Shown here: positions 21,938 through 24,000 of the stretch, piece by piece
Numbering within the stretch: position 1 is the stretch's first letter
Layout of the letters: the number at the start of each line of letters is the position of its first letter
Assembly (NCBI GenBank): GCA_030652115.1
Contig: JAUSBK010000001.1
Coordinates: 34,254 to 58,253, forward strand
Direction of reading: 5' to 3'
Origin: Coriobacteriia bacterium
GTDB lineage: Bacteria; Actinomycetota; Coriobacteriia; Anaerosomatales; Anaerosomataceae
DNA: 24,000 nucleotides
Made by a program: the position numbers and the translations under genes
The notes under the pieces: generated by a model
The model's database searches: none
Seen by the model: only the letters and a program-made list of their open reading frames with translations
What the model was told of the DNA's origin: nothing

Positions 21938-24000
21938 ATGTCCAAACGGATCCCGCTCGACCCCGCGTCTCTCGACGGGGCCTTCGTCGTCGAAGCGGCA
22001 CACACCGTCCCCGCCGACGAGGTCCTCTCCCATCTCGCCAGCACGCCCGATGGCCTGACTGCCGATGAAGTCGCGCGGCGTCAGGAAGCGGTGGGCCCGA
22101 ACGAGCTTCCCGAGGGCGAGAAGCGCACCATCCCCGCGATGATCCTGGACCAGTTCAAGGACTTCCTTATCCTGCTGCTCCTTGGCGCGGCTGTGATCTC
22201 CGGAGTACTCGGAGAGTTGGCCGACACCATCGCCATCCTCGTGATCGTCATCCTGAACGCCGTCATCGGTGTGGTGCAGGAGTTCCGCGCCGAGCGCGCG
22301 ATGGAAGCACTTCGCGAGATGGCCGCCGAAACCGCCACTGTGCGCCGCGACGGTGTGGCCGCTGACGTACCCGCCGCCGACCTCACCGTCGGCGACATCG
22401 TGCTGCTGGACGCCGGGCGTGTGGTGCCCGCGGACCTGCGGCTCATCGAGTCGGCCGGCCTGCGCGTGGCCGAGGCGGCACTCACTGGCGAATCGCTGCC
22501 GGTGGAGAAGTACACCGAGGCCGTCGAGGGCGCCGACTCCCCCATCGGCGACCGCTCGAGCATGGCCTACCGCGGCACGCAGGTCGTCTACGGCCGTGGC
22601 GTGGGCGTCGTGACCAGCGTGGGTCTCGCAACCGAGCTCGGCAAGATCGCCCACCTGCTCGGCTCGACGGGCGACGTCAAGACGCCGCTGCAGAAACGGC
22701 TCGCGCAGTTCAGCAAGCAGCTCGGCCTGGCCGCCCTCGGGCTCTGCACGATCGTCTTCATCGTCGGCATGGTCCAGGGCGGCGACATGCTCGAGATGTT
22801 CATCACCGCCGTAGCCCTGGCGGTGGCCGCCGTGCCGGAGGCGCTGCCCGCGGTGGCGACCATCTCACTCGCCCTCGGCGCAAGCAGGCTCGTGAAGACC
22901 AACACGCTCGTCCGCAAGCTGCCGGCCGTGGAAGCGCTCGGCTCGGTCACCTACATCTGCACCGACAAGACCGGCACGCTCACGCTCAACAAAATGACCG
23001 TGGAGCACCTCGCCGCTGGCGACGCACAGACGATTGCCACCACAGCACTCGACGGCAGCGGCGAGGGTCTCACGTGGCTCGGCCGTGCGCTCGCACTCTC
23101 GAACGACGTCACCGGTAGTGACGACGCGCTCGTGGGCGACCCCACCGAGATCGCCTTCTATCGCATCGCCGCCGAGAACGGCTTCATCCCCGCCACGCTC
23201 ACCGCCGAGCTGCCGCGCTCGGCCGAGGTGCCGTTCGACTCGGACCGCAAGCTCATGACCACCGTGCACACGCTGCCCGACGGTGGGTACGTGTCGTTCA
23301 CCAAGGGCGCCGCCGAGGCGATCCTCGAGCGCTCGCGTGAGGCAATCGCCGCCGATGGCGCTCCCGTCGCACTCGACACCGACGCATCGTCCGCGCTGGT
23401 AGACAGCTGGTCGGCCGAGGGGCTGCGCGTGCTCGCGTTCGGCATGCGGCGTCTCGACACGCTGCCTGAGGACGGCAACATCTCCGCACTCGAGCAGGAT
23501 CTCACGCTCATCGGCTACACGGGCCTCGTCGACCCGCCCCGCGAGGAGGCGCGCGAGGCGGTAAGCACCTGCAAGACCGCCGGCATCATCCCGGTGATGA
23601 TCACCGGCGATCACCCGGCCACCGCGCTCGCGATCGCCAAGCGCCTCGGCATCGCGGACCACAAGGAGCAGATGATCACTGGCGTCGAACTCGACGCGCT
23701 CTCGCTCGAGGACTTCGAGGGCCGCGTGGAGGGCATTCGCGTGTACGCGCGCGTGGCGCCCGAGCAGAAGCTCAAGATCGTCCAGGCGCTTCAGGACCGC
23801 GGTGAGTTCGTGGCGATGACCGGCGACGGCGTGAACGACGCACCCGCGCTCGCCACCGCCGATATCGGCGTGGCGATGGGCATCACCGGCACCGACGTGG
23901 CCAAGGAGGCCGCCTCGATGGTGCTGTTGGACGACAACTTCTCCTCGATCGTGTCGTCGGTCCGCGAGGGTCGCCGCATCTTCGACAACATCCGCAAGTT
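21938..24000 (+). CDS. P2-type cation-transporting P-type ATPase (Ca2+/Mn2+-ATPase-like), first 687 codons; continues past the window end
   Basis: Absent from the ORF track because there is no stop codon in the window. My translation from ATG 21938 (AGGAGGA at 21928-21934) reads MSKRIPLDPASLDG...LTADEVARRQEAVGPNELPE (cation ATPase N-terminal domain), ALTGESLPVEK, AAVPEALPAV (TM4), [24 protein letters not shown] and [22 protein letters not shown]. It stays open to position 24000. Confidence 0.9.
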   Translation, partial: MSKRIPLDPASLDGAFVVEAAHTVPADEVLSHLASTPDGLTADEVARRQEAVGPNELPEGEKRTIPAMILDQFKDFLILLLLGAAVISGVLGELADTIAILVIVILNAVIGVVQEFRAERAMEALREMAAETATVRRDGVAADVPAADLTVGDIVLLDAGRVVPADLRLIESAGLRVAEAALTGESLPVEKYTEAVEGADSPIGDRSSMAYRGTQVVYGRGVGVVTSVGLATELGKIAHLLGSTGDVKTPLQKRLAQFSKQLGLAALGLCTIVFIVGMVQGGDMLEMFITAVALAVAAVPEALPAVATISLALGASRLVKTNTLVRKLPAVEALGSVTYICTDKTGTLTLNKMTVEHLAAGDAQTIATTALDGSGEGLTWLGRALALSNDVTGSDDALVGDPTEIAFYRIAAENGFIPATLTAELPRSAEVPFDSDRKLMTTVHTLPDGGYVSFTKGAAEAILERSREAIAADGAPVALDTDASSALVDSWSAEGLRVLAFGMRRLDTLPEDGNISALEQDLTLIGYTGLVDPPREEAREAVSTCKTAGIIPVMITGDHPATALAIAKRLGIADHKEQMITGVELDALSLEDFEGRVEGIRVYARVAPEQKLKIVQALQDRGEFVAMTGDGVNDAPALATADIGVAMGITGTDVAKEAASMVLLDDNFSSIVSSVREGRRIFDNIRK

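Noticed and set aside
21752-23662. Minus-strand ORFs 21752-22654 and 22865-23662
   Set aside because: They are antisense to the P2-type ATPase frame, which stays open from 21938 to the window end with DKTGT, TGES and [10 protein letters not shown] motifs. The 21752-22654 ORF would also run through the riboswitch-like leader.
1-24000. Looked for tRNA/rRNA genes, CRISPR repeat arrays, transposase/integrase genes, terminal inverted repeats and long direct repeats
   Set aside because: None were recognised by eye. The only repeated sequence is the divergent protein-level paralogy between 1969-3531 and 20442-21263. A tRNAscan, CRISPR or IS search would be needed to be definitive.

Overview
This is a high-GC bacterial chromosomal window. 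The gene style (GGAGG-type SDs, GTG starts, 4-nt start/stop couplings, one probable leaderless mRNA) fits a monoderm, Actinomycetota-like genome, but the taxon cannot be fixed from this sequence. Two edge genes are missing from the supplied ORF track and were found by direct translation: a heme catalase (1-1262, minus) and a P2-type cation ATPase (21938-24000, plus). Contents from left to right: (1) a Fur-family (PerR/CatR-like) regulator plus catalase, with an AT-rich inverted repeat at the promoter. (2) A membrane-fused spermidine-synthase-like protein. (3) A tightly coupled six-gene minus-strand cluster (10660 down to 3558): DUF4418-like 4-Cys membrane protein, MacB/FtsX-type permease, ABC ATPase, CopA (P1B-1), a DsbD_2/TauE-like membrane protein fused to a His-free cupredoxin, and a membrane-anchored tandem-domain protein with a Gly/Met linker. 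(4) A SAM methyltransferase. (5) A 73-aa Cys/His protein followed by a clear heliorhodopsin, which has a perfect ATACCC-N4-GGGTAT (CsoR/RcnR-type) palindrome in its promoter and its own terminator. (6) dusB. (7) A His-rich CPH-type copper ATPase (CopB). (8) A HepT/MntA (HEPN/MNT) toxin-antitoxin pair whose MntA carries an N-terminal XRE HTH. (9) An orphan protein. (10) purB. (11) A HigB(Gp49)/HigA-like pair. (12) A soluble spermidine-synthase-like paralogue. (13) panD. (14) A yybP-ykoY (Mn2+) riboswitch-like leader in front of the P2 ATPase. No tRNA, rRNA, CRISPR array or transposase was recognised. The most interesting items are the heliorhodopsin with its operator inside a metal/ROS-homeostasis neighbourhood, and the thiol/thioether-rich envelope module fused to the copA operon. 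Many long ORFs in the track are antisense artefacts of high GC content.
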